Part shown: in pieces, positions 1-9,063 of the stretch | How positions within the stretch are numbered: the stretch's first letter is position 1 | Layout: every line of letters begins with the position of its first letter | Assembly (NCBI GenBank): GCA_046292385.1 | Contig: JBKBRF010000006.1 | Coordinates: 1-64,000, forward strand | Direction of reading: 5' to 3' | From: Armatimonadota bacterium | GTDB taxonomy: Bacteria; Armatimonadota; SYMT01 | Length of the DNA stretch: 64,000 bases | Position numbers and translations under genes: made by a program | Notes under the pieces: model-generated | What the model was told of the DNA's origin: nothing | Database searches by the model: none | The model's input: only the letters and a program-made list of their open reading frames with translations

Positions 1-1187
1 GCAATGCGGCGGCAGCCATGCCTGTAACTCGGTGGAGACCTCGTAGCGCAACCGCCAGTCAGGCACGAAAAAAGGTGGTGGCAGTAATCTGCCACCACCA
101 ACTGCGGAACTTGGGTTAGCGCGTCTGTGCGGGCGAGCGGATCGGGCAGGCCCTCCGCAATCCTTTGTGCTTCCCGCAGTAACTCCCGGGCGGGCGCGGG
201 GCTGCCTGCCTCGGCATAGGAGAAGGCAGTTTCCGCGAGGGCGGAGGCGCGTTGATCCGGCGAGAGCCCCCGGCACAGAGCTTCCGCTTCCCGGAGGAGA
301 GCCTCCGCTTGCCTCCGGTCTCCGGCCTTCGCGGCAACCCGGGCGATGCGGGACAGGCCGCGCCAGGCCTCCGATCCCGGCAGTGCCCGCGCCATCTCCA
401 CCGCCACGTCCAACTCGCCCAGGACGAGGGCCGCAGCCATCAACGGGCCACGCGGATCGTTATCGGGAAACCCGTCTGCGGCGGCTCCGGCCTCCCGATA
501 CAGGGCGCGTGCTTCCTGGGCTCCGCCGTACTGGACAAAAATCGGAACCAGCCGGGCGAGCTCGGCCCTCCTCGCGGCCGGGTCTTTTCGGCTCCGGGCC
601 ACGTCTGCGGCCTCCTGGAGCGTGGCGAGCGCGGGCGCCTCCATCCCGGCGCGGTGCTGGATACCGGCCACTCCAACGAGCGAAGGAATCCGCTGCTCTC
701 CTTCCAGGGCACCCGCGGCGGAGCGCGCCACCGCCACGGCCTCCCGGAACGCGTCGTCCGCCGCCGCTTCGTGTCCCGCTTCCTTGAGTGCCGCGGCGGT
801 TTCCGCGAGCGCGCGGGACCGCTCGCTCGCGCTGCTGATACGACGGGCGGTCGCCAGGCCATCCAAAGCATTCCCGACCCACGCCTGTGCGACCGCAAAC
901 CGGCTGGCCGGGTAGCCAGGGACGCGGCCGTTAGGCAGGGGCGTGGAGGGGATCGCCATGGCGCGGGAAACCGTCACCCGCGCACCCTCCCGGTCGCCGG
1001 CGCGCCCCTGTGCGATGGCGATCTCGGCCAGCAGCCCGGCCCGGCGGTCCGCCTCTGCCGCACCCGCCGCCGCAGCCGCCTCGCGGAACGTTGCGTGCCA
1101 CGGCTCGGCCCCGTTGCCGGAGACCGCCGCCGGAGCCCAGAGGGCCAGCAGCAGGAGGGACAAGCAGATGTGGTAGTGGAGCGCCAT
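1..1187 (-). CDS. Exported Ala-rich helical-repeat (TPR-like) protein, no stop in window, probably interrupted near nt 115
   Basis: Not in the ORF track because it runs off the edge. ATG at 1187 with GAGGAAGG RBS. Begins MALHYHICLSLLLLALWAPAAVSG (signal-like) and has repeated helices such as ERSRALAETAAAL, QRASALAETA and PLARTDALT. Confidence 0.65.
   Translation of the reverse strand, partial: MALHYHICLSLLLLALWAPAAVSGNGAEPWHATFREAAAAAGAAEADRRAGLLAEIAIAQGRAGDREGARVTVSRAMAIPSTPLPNGRVPGYPASRFAVAQAWVGNALDGLATARRISSASERSRALAETAAALKEAGHEAAADDAFREAVAVARSAAGALEGEQRIPSLVGVAGIQHRAGMEAPALATLQEAADVARSRKDPAARRAELARLVPIFVQYGGAQEARALYREAGAAADGFPDNDPRGPLMAAALVLGELDVAVEMARALPGSEAWRGLSRIARVAAKAGDRRQAEALLREAEALCRGLSPDQRASALAETAFSYAEAGSPAPARELLREAQRIAEGLPDPLARTDALTQVPQLVVADYCHHLFSCLTGGCATRSPPSYRHGCRRI
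68..99 (-). terminator. Hairpin with T-tract on the minus strand
   Basis: GGTGGTGGCAG-TAAT-CTGCCACCACC (11-bp perfect stem) next to A6 at 68-73. Confidence 0.55.
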
Positions 1188-1411
1188 CGTTTCCTTCCTC
1201 GAGGATTAGGCGGCGCCCCGGAGTGCAAAGTTGCACCGGGTGCCGGCGGCGCCCGCCCGGGGGTCCGCGGCGGGGTGGGCTATAATGGTCGTCGATCCGC
1301 GCTGCCTCAACGCCCGCCGCCCCTGCTTTTCCGCCGCGCGGACGCGTGGGGAGGACCGTGAGCGTCGGCGAGGGAACAAGACGCGAGAGCGCCCTGAGCG
1401 AGGACACAGCT

Positions 1412-2323
1412 ATGAAAGATTTCAACCGACGTCGTCTCCTGCAGACCGCAGCCGGAGCCACCGCCGCGCTGGCGGCACAGCTTGCCGCGATCCGGGAGGT
1501 AGAGGCCCAGAACACCGCCGGCAACCTCCCCGCGCCGAAATACACCCTCTCGCCCAACCTGGAGATCATGTTCCCGGGCGGTATGCCGTACGCCGAGCGG
1601 ATCTCCATCGTGGCGGACGCGGGCTGCAAGGCGTTCAGCTTCTGGGGCCTCAAGCAGGACCAGGCGTCGGCCATGGAAGCCGCGCAGAAGCGCTACGGGC
1701 TGAAGTGCGGCAGCATCACCGGGAACGGCAAGACCGGATGGGGGACCGGGCTCACCCGGACCGGGCACGAGGAGGCGTTCCTGAAGGACTTCCAGGATCA
1801 CATCGAGGTGGCCAAGCGGTTCGGTACGAAGAACCTCATCTGTTTCCTCGGCGCCACGGAGAAGGAGATCCCGCTGGAGGTCCAGCACCGGCAGTTCATC
1901 GACGGGCTGAAGAAGGCGGGGGACATCGCGGCAAAGGCCGATGTCTACTTCTGTCTCGAGCCGCTCAACTCCGTCGAGAGCCCGCAGATGAGTGTGCTCT
2001 CCGCCAAGCACGGGTTCAAGATCGTCGAAGAGGTCAACCATCCGCACGTGAAGCTGGACTTCGACATGTACCACCTGCAGCTCAGCGAGGGGAACATCAT
2101 CAACAACCTGCGCCAGGGTCTGCGGAAGGGCTGGATCCGCTTCGTAGAGATCGGCGACGTGCCGGGGCGCAAGGAGCCGGGCACCGGGGAGATGAACTAC
2201 GACAACATCTTCAAGGTGCTTCGCGAGGAGGGCTACGCCGACTTCATCGGGATGGAGCACGGCACCACCTCCACTCCGCAGCACGCGATCAGTGTGGTGA
2301 AGAAGGTCGCCGGCGTCGCCTAG
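1412..2323 (+). CDS. Tat-exported hydroxypyruvate isomerase-like (xylose isomerase-like TIM barrel) protein
   Basis: Twin-arginine leader NRRRLLQ. Motifs LEPLN, DMYH, DVPGRKEPGTGEMNY and IGMEH match the Hyi/AP-endonuclease-2 family. Confidence 0.85.
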   Translation: MKDFNRRRLLQTAAGATAALAAQLAAIREVEAQNTAGNLPAPKYTLSPNLEIMFPGGMPYAERISIVADAGCKAFSFWGLKQDQASAMEAAQKRYGLKCGSITGNGKTGWGTGLTRTGHEEAFLKDFQDHIEVAKRFGTKNLICFLGATEKEIPLEVQHRQFIDGLKKAGDIAAKADVYFCLEPLNSVESPQMSVLSAKHGFKIVEEVNHPHVKLDFDMYHLQLSEGNIINNLRQGLRKGWIRFVEIGDVPGRKEPGTGEMNYDNIFKVLREEGYADFIGMEHGTTSTPQHAISVVKKVAGVA

Positions 2324-2522
2324 CCTGGACTGAGTGGGAGAGTGGGCGCAGGGGGGAGTGGGAGAGGCATCTTCGGGAGCGGCGATCTCTCGTCGGAGAA
2401 CTCAGCTATCCCGGAGGGCTTTCGAGTAGGAGTAGGAGTGCCCGTGCCGGGAGGTTCGGATTCACCCCTCATCCTTCCGCCCTCACCCCTCTAGCGCCCA
2501 CTCCATTGCCTCGATCGGACCG

Positions 2523-3266
2523 ATGGAACCGCGCGTCAGCCTCATCAACTGGGACTGGTTCGAAGACCTCCTGGTGCGCGCCTGCGAGGGGGAGATCCGT
2601 CGCTTCGGCAGCCAGCACCCAGAGGAGCCGGTCTTTGCCTGCTGCCTGGAGTTCGACGCCCTCTTCGGGGCGCTCTACTTCTCCTACGGCACGCATGACG
2701 CGGTGGAGCGGGCGGTGCGCGGCTCCCGCAAGGGGCGCGGCTCCCGCTCCTACCGCGAGGTGGAGCTGAACCCGGTCTACTGGAGCTTCCGCCGGGTCCC
2801 GCAGGACGATCCGGACGGGTCCTGGGAAGAGGTTGGAGAGCTGCAGCGGCGGCACCGGGAGAACATGGCGCTCGACAGCGCTCCCGAAACGGTGGAGTTC
2901 CTCTGGCTGCGGTTCGAGTACCTGGTGGAGTGCGTGGTGCGCCGGCTCATCGACCGGGGCGCGTTCCGGCACCTGTCGCGAGAAGCGGAGTTCCTCGCCT
3001 ACTGCGCCACGGAGGAAGACTCGCTGGAGGAGCTGGAGGACCGGCTGGAAAAGCTGTATCCGATGTACCGCCGCGCCACCATGGAGCTGACCGACCATCC
3101 CCGCGCCGGGACTTACCCCTCCGGGCGCTGCGGAGGGGGGTGCCGGGGCAGCGCGGAGCGGCCGGAGCTGCGGCGCTGCACCTACTGCCAGACGTGGCTC
3201 TGCTCCGGCTGCTCCGACGGCCACACCCATGCGGAGCTGCTCAAGCGGCAGCCGTTGTTCCTGTAA
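2523..3266 (+). CDS. Hypothetical protein: DUF4303-like N-terminus plus C-terminal Cys/His zinc-finger-like motif
   Basis: EPVFACCL...YFSYGT...LNPVYW resembles DUF4303. C-terminus reads CGGGC-x10-CTYC-x4-CSGC-x3-HTH. Confidence 0.55.
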   Translation: MEPRVSLINWDWFEDLLVRACEGEIRRFGSQHPEEPVFACCLEFDALFGALYFSYGTHDAVERAVRGSRKGRGSRSYREVELNPVYWSFRRVPQDDPDGSWEEVGELQRRHRENMALDSAPETVEFLWLRFEYLVECVVRRLIDRGAFRHLSREAEFLAYCATEEDSLEELEDRLEKLYPMYRRATMELTDHPRAGTYPSGRCGGGCRGSAERPELRRCTYCQTWLCSGCSDGHTHAELLKRQPLFL

Positions 3267-3300
3267 CTCGCCGAGCTCGTCGTGAAGGAGGGGAGAGGAG

Positions 3301-4599
3301 ATGAGAAAGCGCCTGGTCTACAGCCTCGCGGCGGTGCTCTGCACGCTCCTGGCGGGCGCGGCGTGCGCCAGTCTCTCCGGCTACCTGGAGACGAAAGAGC
3401 CGGAGTACCGGTGGAGTAAAGAGAGCGAGAGTACCGTGGGTGATGTCCGGGTGGTCAATCTCCGCCTCCGCTCGCAGGTCTGGCGCGGCATCCCGTGGGA
3501 CCACCACCTGCAGCTCTTCCTCCCGAAGAAGGTCTCCCATCCTAAGACCGCGCTGCTGCTGGTGACCGGCGGCGACCCGGGGCAGAGCAGCACCCTGCTG
3601 GCGGCCAGCCTCGCTCCCCGCCTGGAAGGGCCGGCGGCGGTGCTCTACAACATCCCGAACCAGCCCCTGCTGGACGGGAAGCGGGAAGACGACCTGATCG
3701 CCCACACCTTCCAGGAGTACCTGAAGACCGGCGACCCGACCTGGCCGCTCCTCTTCCCGATGGTGAAGAGCGCCGTCAAGGCGATGGACGCGCTGCAGGA
3801 GTACTCCCGCCGGGAGCTGCCGGCCGGCATCGAGGACTTCGTGGTGACCGGCGCCTCCAAGCGCGGGTGGACCACCTACCTGACCGGCGCCACCGACCCG
3901 CGCGTGCGGGCGATCGCGCCGATGGTGTTCGACAACCTCAACTTCCACAAGCAGCTTCCGCGCCAGCTGGAGCTGTGGGGTAAGTACAGCGAGCAGATCG
4001 ACGACTACACCCGCCGTGGGCTCCAACAGCAGCTCCAGACGCCGCGGGGACGGCAGCTCGTCTCGATGGTCGACCCCTGGTACTACCGCGACCGCCTGAA
4101 GATGCCGAAGCTGCTGCTCCACGGCGCGAACGACCGGTACTGGTCGACCGACTCCACCCGCCTCTACTGGAACGATCTCCCCGGCGATAAGTACCTGCTC
4201 TCGATCCCGAACGCGGGACATGGGCTGGAGGACCGGGGCCGGCTGCTGAACGCGCTCACCGCCTTCTTCCACGCCGTGGCGCAGGACCGGAAGCTCCCCG
4301 CGCTCGACCTGAACCAGGAGCGGAACGGAGAGGAGATCCGTCTGAAGCTGGTCGCCGGTGAGCGCCCCAAGGCAGTGCGGCTCTGGACGGCGCGGGCGAT
4401 GAACACCGACTTCCGGCCGGTAAAGTGGGCCGACAGCCCGATGGTGGAGAACGGCAAGGGCTACGACGCCGCGGTGCCCGCCGGGCCGGGCGGCCTGGCA
4501 CTTTTCGCGGAGGCGGAGTTCGAGAGCGGCGGACGCACGTATACACTCACGACGCCGGCATCGGTTTACGGCGTACAGGAACAGGCGGCCTCGCGGTAG
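3301..4599 (+). CDS. PqaA / PhoPQ-activated pathogenicity-related family alpha/beta-hydrolase-like protein, exported
   Basis: Signal peptide. Motifs NIPNQPL, EDDLIA, WPLLFPMVKS, VTGASKRGWTT, MVDP and IPNAGH. Confidence 0.85.
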   Translation: MRKRLVYSLAAVLCTLLAGAACASLSGYLETKEPEYRWSKESESTVGDVRVVNLRLRSQVWRGIPWDHHLQLFLPKKVSHPKTALLLVTGGDPGQSSTLLAASLAPRLEGPAAVLYNIPNQPLLDGKREDDLIAHTFQEYLKTGDPTWPLLFPMVKSAVKAMDALQEYSRRELPAGIEDFVVTGASKRGWTTYLTGATDPRVRAIAPMVFDNLNFHKQLPRQLELWGKYSEQIDDYTRRGLQQQLQTPRGRQLVSMVDPWYYRDRLKMPKLLLHGANDRYWSTDSTRLYWNDLPGDKYLLSIPNAGHGLEDRGRLLNALTAFFHAVAQDRKLPALDLNQERNGEEIRLKLVAGERPKAVRLWTARAMNTDFRPVKWADSPMVENGKGYDAAVPAGPGGLALFAEAEFESGGRTYTLTTPASVYGVQEQAASR

Positions 4600-4623
4600 G
4601 CACCGCCGCGGAACGGGAGAGCA

Positions 4624-5259
4624 ATGGCTTCGGGTAACGTATTCACCTTCCTCAAGGAAGCGGTTCGGGACTTTCACACCACCGGAGCCGTGGCTCCCAG
4701 CAGTCCGATGCTCTCCCGCGCGGTAGCGGGCAACCTGCCGCAACGCCCCTCGAACGAGCTTCGCATCCTGGAGGTCGGTCCGGGCACCGGCCCCGTCACC
4801 GCCGAGATCGTGAAGCGGCTCGACGGCGGCGGCCGCCTGGAGCTGTGGGAGATCAGCCCCTCCTTCTGCGACGTGCTCCGCAAGAAGGCGACGGAGGACC
4901 CGGACTACCGCAAGCTCGGCGACCGGCTCTCCGTCCACGAGGGCGACGTTCGCGACCTGCCGAAGCAGCCGACCTACGACTACATCGTCGCCGGCCTGCC
5001 GTACAGCAACTTCGAGCCGGAAGAGGTGCAGGGTTTCCTGAACCACTTCCGGGACATCTCGAAGTCGGGCGGCATTCTGCTCTGGTACGAGTACGTCGCC
5101 GTGCGCAACCTCCAGATGCCGTTCGTCAGCCCCGCCCGCCGCGCGCGCCTCCGCCGCATCGAAGAGATCACCAACGGCTTCGCGCGCCAGCACCAGTTCC
5201 GGCTCCAGTACGTCCCCCTCAACATCCCCCCCGCCCGCATCCGCCACCTGCGGTTCTAG
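4624..5259 (+). CDS. Class I SAM-dependent methyltransferase (phospholipid N-methyltransferase-like)
   Basis: TGAVAPSS, ILEVGPGTG, IVAGLPY and NIPPA. Confidence 0.8.
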   Translation: MASGNVFTFLKEAVRDFHTTGAVAPSSPMLSRAVAGNLPQRPSNELRILEVGPGTGPVTAEIVKRLDGGGRLELWEISPSFCDVLRKKATEDPDYRKLGDRLSVHEGDVRDLPKQPTYDYIVAGLPYSNFEPEEVQGFLNHFRDISKSGGILLWYEYVAVRNLQMPFVSPARRARLRRIEEITNGFARQHQFRLQYVPLNIPPARIRHLRF

Positions 5260-5268
5260 CGCGCTATC

Positions 5269-5583
5269 TCACCACAGAGTGCACAGAGGGCACGGAGAGG
5301 AACCGACCGGAATCGAACCTGATTCACCGCAGAGAGCGCAGAGGACGCAGAGAGGGAACCACAAGGAGATACTCCGGGGCCGCTGCCCGGCACGCGTGAA
5401 GTGAACCAGGCCTATCCCGCTATCCTCTGGTTCCCCTCTGCGTCCCCTCTGCGTTCTCCGCGTCCTCTGCGGTGAATCCGGTTCGGCCCGGGGCCGCTGC
5501 CCGGCACTCGTAGAGCGGTGCAGGCCCGGACTGGTTCCGGTTCTCTCCGCGCTCTCCGCGTCTCTGCGGTGAATCAAGGTTCG
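5269..5583. repeat. Cluster of inverted CACCGCAGAG-type repeats with two internal direct repeats
   Basis: Forward units at 5269 and 5321 (TCACC(A/G)CAGAG...). Reverse units end near 5478 and 5575 (CTCTGCGGTGAATC). CCGGGGCCGCTGCCCGGCAC occurs at 5374 and 5488. Confidence 0.8.
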
Positions 5584-5718
5584 GAAGGTCCCATCCCCCT
5601 CATTCCCGTCCCCACATCCCCCCTATCCCCTTTGAAGGTTCGGGAGCCGGTATCCGGTCAGGCGGCTCGCCGGATAGGATAATGCTGGCGAGGGGGCATG
5701 TGGGAAGGTGGGATGTTC

Positions 5719-6462
5719 ATGGCGGGGCGGGTGATGGCGGTGGGGGAGGCGCCGGGGGCGAAGGCGGCGGCCGGGCCGGCGGTGCGGCTGCGGGACGTGG
5801 TGAAGGAGTTCGCCCTCGGGACGCAGACGGTGCGGGCGGTGGACGGGATCTCCCTTGAGATTCCCGCGGGCCAGTTCGTCTCGATCGTGGGACGGAGCGG
5901 CTCCGGCAAGAGCACCATGCTCAACCTGCTCGCCGGGATCGATACGCCGACCTCCGGCGAGGTCTGGATCGACGACTGCGAGCTGAGCCGCCTGACCGAC
6001 GACGCGCTGACCTGCCTCCGGCGCGAGCGGCTCGGCATCGTCTACCAGTTCTTCAATCTCCTCCCGACGCTCTCCGTCCGCGAGAACGTGGCGCTGCCCG
6101 CGCTGCTGGCGGGCAACGCCGAGCGGGAGGTGCTGAGCCGCGCCGACGCCCTGCTGGACGAGGTCTCGATGGCGCACCGCCGGGACGCGCGTCCGCATAC
6201 CCTTTCCGGCGGTGAGATGCAGCGGACCGCCCTCGCCCGCGCGCTGATCCACGACCCGACCGTCGTCCTTGCGGACGAGCCGACCGGCAACCTCGACAGC
6301 CGCACGGCGGACCAGGTGCTGGCGCTGCTCCGGCGCCTGGGGGACACGCACGGCGTGACGGTGGTCCTGGTGACCCACAGCCGGGAAGCAGCGGCGATTG
6401 GGGACCGGATCGTGGAGCTGAAGGATGGCCGCGTGGTGCGGGACGAGGCACTGCGCGGATGA
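5719..6462 (+). CDS. ABC transporter ATP-binding protein (LolD/MacB type)
   Basis: Walker A GRSGSGKST, LSGGEMQR, LADEPTGNLD and VTH. Start codon uncertain (5698, 5713 or 5719). Confidence 0.92.
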   Translation: MAGRVMAVGEAPGAKAAAGPAVRLRDVVKEFALGTQTVRAVDGISLEIPAGQFVSIVGRSGSGKSTMLNLLAGIDTPTSGEVWIDDCELSRLTDDALTCLRRERLGIVYQFFNLLPTLSVRENVALPALLAGNAEREVLSRADALLDEVSMAHRRDARPHTLSGGEMQRTALARALIHDPTVVLADEPTGNLDSRTADQVLALLRRLGDTHGVTVVLVTHSREAAAIGDRIVELKDGRVVRDEALRG

Positions 6463-9059
6463 GCCCGGTCTGGCGCTGGGTTTCCTTGCGGCACCTCTTC
6501 CAGGAAGGCGGCCGCACCCTGCTCACGCTGCTGGGCGTCGCGCTCGGCGTGGCGGTCTTCGTCAGCATCCGCGTGGCGAACCACTCCGCGATGGCCTCCT
6601 TCGCGGATACCGTCGACGCCGTCGCCGGAAAGGCGAACCTGCAGATCACGGCGGATACCGGCGGCTTCGACGAGCGGATATTCCCGAAGGTTCGGAAGGT
6701 GCCGGGTGTGCAGGCCGCCGCGCCGGTGGTCCAGGTCTACGCGCAGGCGGAGCCGGGCCGGCCGGAGGTGAACGCCGTTTTCCAGAAGGACCAGGAGCAG
6801 CCGTTCCGGGAGACGCTGCTCGTCCTCGGCATCGACCTCTTCTCCGAGCGCCCGTTCGGCCGCTACGAGCCGCCGCGGCGAGGCGACAGCATCGCGGCGC
6901 TGGAGTTCCTGGCGGATCCGCGTGCCGTGGCGGTCACGCGCCACTTCGCGGAGCGGCAGGGCCTCTCCACGGGCGACTCCTTGACGCTGGTGATCGGCGG
7001 CCGGCCGGAGGTGCTGACGGTCCGGCAGGTGCTCGAGAACGAAGAGCTCCAGCAGGCGATGGGGGGCAACGTGGCGGTGGTCGACATCGCCGTCGCCCAG
7101 GAGCTGTTCCAGCGCTACGGAAAGCTCGACCGGATCGACCTGCTCGTCGACCCGGCCCGGCGGGAGGAGGTCCGCGCAGCGCTGGCGCCGCTCCTGCCGC
7201 CGCAGGCGGAGGCGCGCCTGCCCCAGGGCCGCACGCGGCAGGTCGAGAACATGGTCGAGGCGTTCGCGCTGAACCTGACCGCGCTCTCGTTCATCGCGCT
7301 CTTCGTCTCCATGTTCCTGATCTTCAACGCCGTCTCCATGGCGGTGGTCCGGCGGCGGCGGGAGATCGGGGTGCTGCGGAGCCTGGGGGTGACCCGCGGC
7401 GGGATCGTGCGGCTCTTCCTCGGCGAGGCGCTCTTCCTCGGCGTGATCGGCAGCTTGCTGGGTCTCGCGCTCGGCACCCTCCTCGCCAAGGGCGCGCTGG
7501 GGGCGATCGCGAAGACGATCACCACGCTCTACCTGACGGTCCACGCAGAGAACCTCTATCTCTCCCCGGCGGTCTACCTCTCCGGCTTCGGGATCGGGGT
7601 CGGCATGGCGCTGCTCTCCGCGCTCGCACCCGCGCTGGAGGCGTCTCGCACCCCTCCCGGGCTCACCACGCGGCAGGGCTCGCTCCTGGAGGCGCAGCCG
7701 CTGCCGATCGGGCGCCTCACCGCCGTGGGCCTCGGAATGCTGGTGCTGGCGGCGCTCACCGCCTGGTGGACCGTCGGCGCGCGGAGACCGGAGGGGGGCT
7801 TCGTGAGCGCCTTCCTGCTGCTGATGGGCTTCTCGCTGGTGTCTCCCGGCTTCACGCTGCTGGGAGAACGGGTGCTCGGGCCGCTGGTGGGGCGGGTGGC
7901 GGGCATCGAGGGCACGCTCGGCGCGCGCAGCCTGCGCGACGCGGTGGCGCGGACCAGCGTCGTCGTCGCGGCGCTGATGGTCGCCGTCGGCATGACGGTC
8001 GGCCTGACGATTATGGTCGGGAGCTTCCGGCGCACGGTGAACATCTGGGTCGACCAGACGCTCCGCGGCGACCTCTACGTGGAGCCCGCGGGACGGCAGG
8101 CGACCGGCGGCGCCACCGTGCTCTCGCCGGAAGTGGTGCGGATCGCCCGGGAGCTGCCGGGCGTGGCGGCGGTCGATACCTACCGCGGCCTGCAGATCAC
8201 CTACGGCGACCGGCTGGCGCAGGCGGTGGGGATCGACTTCGAGGTGCAGGAGCAGCACGGCCGGCTCCAGTTCCTCCGCGGCGACGCGGCGGAGATCCTG
8301 CGGCGCGCCCGGCAAGAAGACGGGGTCATCGTCTCGGAGAGCTTCAGCTTCCGCCACCGGGTGGAAGAGGGCGACTCCGTGACGCTCCGCACGCCGTCGG
8401 GCGTCGTCCGGCTGCCGGTGGAGGGAGTCTACTACGACTACAGCACCGACGCGGGCGCGCTGATGATGCACCACCCACTCTACCGCCGCCTCTGGAACGA
8501 CCCGCGCACGGAGAGCATCGCCATCTACACGCGGCCCGGCTTGAGCGTGGATGAGGTCCGCGAGCAGCTCGTCCGCGCGGTCGACGGGCGAGTGGTGCTC
8601 GCAGTGACGCCCAACCTGGCGCTGCGGCGGCGCGTGATGAACATCTTCGACCAGACGTTCCAGATCACGTACGCGCTCCAGGCGATCGCGATCTTCGTGA
8701 GCGTGCTGGGGGTGATCAGCACGCTCACTGCGCTGATCCTGCAGCGGGGCCGGGAGATCGGCGTGCTGCGGGCGGTCGGCTCGCTGCGTCGGCAGGTGCG
8801 GAAGATGGTGCTGGTGGAGAGCGGCCTCCTCGGCCTGCTCGGGGCGCTCCTCGGCTGCGCGTGCGGCGTGGCGCTCTCCCTGCTGCTCACCTACGTGATC
8901 AACAAGCAGTTCTTCGGCTGGAGCATCCGGCTCACAATCGAGCCGTGGGTCTTTATCCAGGCCGTCCTGCTGATGGTCGGCGCCGCGCTGGCGGCGGGTC
9001 TCGTCCCCGCACGCCTGGCCGCGAGCCGCGTGGCGGCGGAGGCGATGCGTGCGGAGTGA
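6459..9059 (+). CDS. FtsX-like/MacB ABC permease with duplicated architecture (AttF/G-like)
   Basis: Two RxREIGVLR motifs, two periplasmic domains and INKQFFGW. ATGA overlap with the ATPase gene. Confidence 0.9.
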   Translation: MSPVWRWVSLRHLFQEGGRTLLTLLGVALGVAVFVSIRVANHSAMASFADTVDAVAGKANLQITADTGGFDERIFPKVRKVPGVQAAAPVVQVYAQAEPGRPEVNAVFQKDQEQPFRETLLVLGIDLFSERPFGRYEPPRRGDSIAALEFLADPRAVAVTRHFAERQGLSTGDSLTLVIGGRPEVLTVRQVLENEELQQAMGGNVAVVDIAVAQELFQRYGKLDRIDLLVDPARREEVRAALAPLLPPQAEARLPQGRTRQVENMVEAFALNLTALSFIALFVSMFLIFNAVSMAVVRRRREIGVLRSLGVTRGGIVRLFLGEALFLGVIGSLLGLALGTLLAKGALGAIAKTITTLYLTVHAENLYLSPAVYLSGFGIGVGMALLSALAPALEASRTPPGLTTRQGSLLEAQPLPIGRLTAVGLGMLVLAALTAWWTVGARRPEGGFVSAFLLLMGFSLVSPGFTLLGERVLGPLVGRVAGIEGTLGARSLRDAVARTSVVVAALMVAVGMTVGLTIMVGSFRRTVNIWVDQTLRGDLYVEPAGRQATGGATVLSPEVVRIARELPGVAAVDTYRGLQITYGDRLAQAVGIDFEVQEQHGRLQFLRGDAAEILRRARQEDGVIVSESFSFRHRVEEGDSVTLRTPSGVVRLPVEGVYYDYSTDAGALMMHHPLYRRLWNDPRTESIAIYTRPGLSVDEVREQLVRAVDGRVVLAVTPNLALRRRVMNIFDQTFQITYALQAIAIFVSVLGVISTLTALILQRGREIGVLRAVGSLRRQVRKMVLVESGLLGLLGALLGCACGVALSLLLTYVINKQFFGWSIRLTIEPWVFIQAVLLMVGAALAAGLVPARLAASRVAAEAMRAE

Positions 9060-9063
9060 GACG

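Noticed and set aside
167..1361. Plus-strand ORFs 167-787, 252-1361 and 346-915
   Set aside because: They are Arg/Pro-rich shadows. The coding frame is the minus-strand ORF from 1187, which has an RBS and a signal peptide.
2330..2510. GAGTGGGAG and GAGTAG short repeats, with similar tracts at 29585-29625 and 33165-33200
   Set aside because: They are too short and degenerate to define an element. Probably remnants of simple intergenic repeats.
5269..5577. ORF MIHRRDAESAE (102 aa)
   Set aside because: It is only the translation of the repeat cluster.
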